DNA of 63,178 nt, the filler included, from Phoronis australis (lineage: Eukaryota > Animalia > Phoronida): NCBI GenBank assembly GCA_002633005.1. It is 9 parts of 8 records of this genome, joined end to end, with 100 filler letters (N's around TTAATTAATTAA, not from the genome) between each part and the next. Parts side by side here need not be neighbours in the genome. Positions count along the whole stretch, not along the records: positions 61,567 to 63,178 come from NMRA01000936.1; 8 more parts are not named here. One strand, given 5' to 3'. The notes beneath the pieces were generated by a model, which worked only from the letters and a program-made list of their open reading frames with translations, was not told where the DNA came from and did no database searches. Below are positions 62,549 through 63,178 of the stretch, in pieces (the stretch's first letter is position 1; every line of letters starts with the position of its first letter). The translations under genes and the position numbers were made by a program.

Positions 62549-63178
62549 CTAAAAAAGGACAACAAGTCACAGTTTATTTGACAAATAACTAAATGCAATA
62601 AAACCTGTGATAAAAGGTGTGTCCTTTGTTAATTTTTGTTTTGCTTGGATTTTTCCATACTGACCAAAAATGTTTAGCGATTTCCCTACAGTACCTGCCG
62701 TTCACATTTTCACTCAAATAAATTGGACATTTTTCTGTATAAATCACACAAGTGCCATGGTAACCCAGTGGTCATTGAAATTTGCGAATTTACAACTTTT
62801 ATAAAAAATTCTTTTCGAAAAATTCTGTTTTTACTTGCTAAAAACAAGGAAGGTACTTTTTCAATCTGAAAATAAATAAGATATGTGATTAGAGTTAGTA
62901 TGAACAAATTTGACCAGAACATGTATATAATTTTGACACAACCAACTATAAAATTGGTCTCAAGTTGTACTCACATCTGAAGTGACTTCTGGGCTTCAGC
63001 CTATGCTTAGCACATAAAATGATCAGCACTGACAAGTCAACATGCAGACTCTGGTCTTAAGCAACAACAAGTGGTCACTGAGTTCTTTCAAACTCTTAAG
63101 TCACCTCTAGTTTGACTAAGAAACAGTTTGAGACCTGAATTTCATAATTGTAAGACAAAGTGGTCTAAATCTATTTTT

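Overview
Animal (probably invertebrate) nuclear DNA, AT-rich and intron/repeat-rich. It is not a continuous locus: eight identical 100-bp linkers (44 N + TTAATTAATTAA + 44 N) join nine contig pieces. Recognisable protein-coding exons: three of rotatin (RTTN, minus), two of a MIER-family gene (minus), the last four of a PGP/PDXP-type HAD phosphatase (plus) and two of a Polycomb-group RING finger (PCGF) gene (minus). Mobile DNA: two tail-to-tail Penelope-like 3' remnants with hammerhead-ribozyme motifs, two Kolobok-like elements, Tc2/pogo-like and PIF/Harbinger-like MITEs, an L1/Tx1 3' remnant and tRNA-derived SINE heads. The most unusual structure is a ~15.5-kb complex tandem array (about 13.1-28.7 kb) with two related monomer types, 4.18-kb and 1.36-kb higher-order periods, and 18 copies of a ~70-nt GC-rich core that is more conserved than its flanks and whose A/B differences keep a hairpin via G-U pairs. 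Upstream (0.9-12.8 kb) is a series of short plus-strand exon-like units with mutually homologous intron ends but no consistent ORF. All calls are by eye, without database searches.
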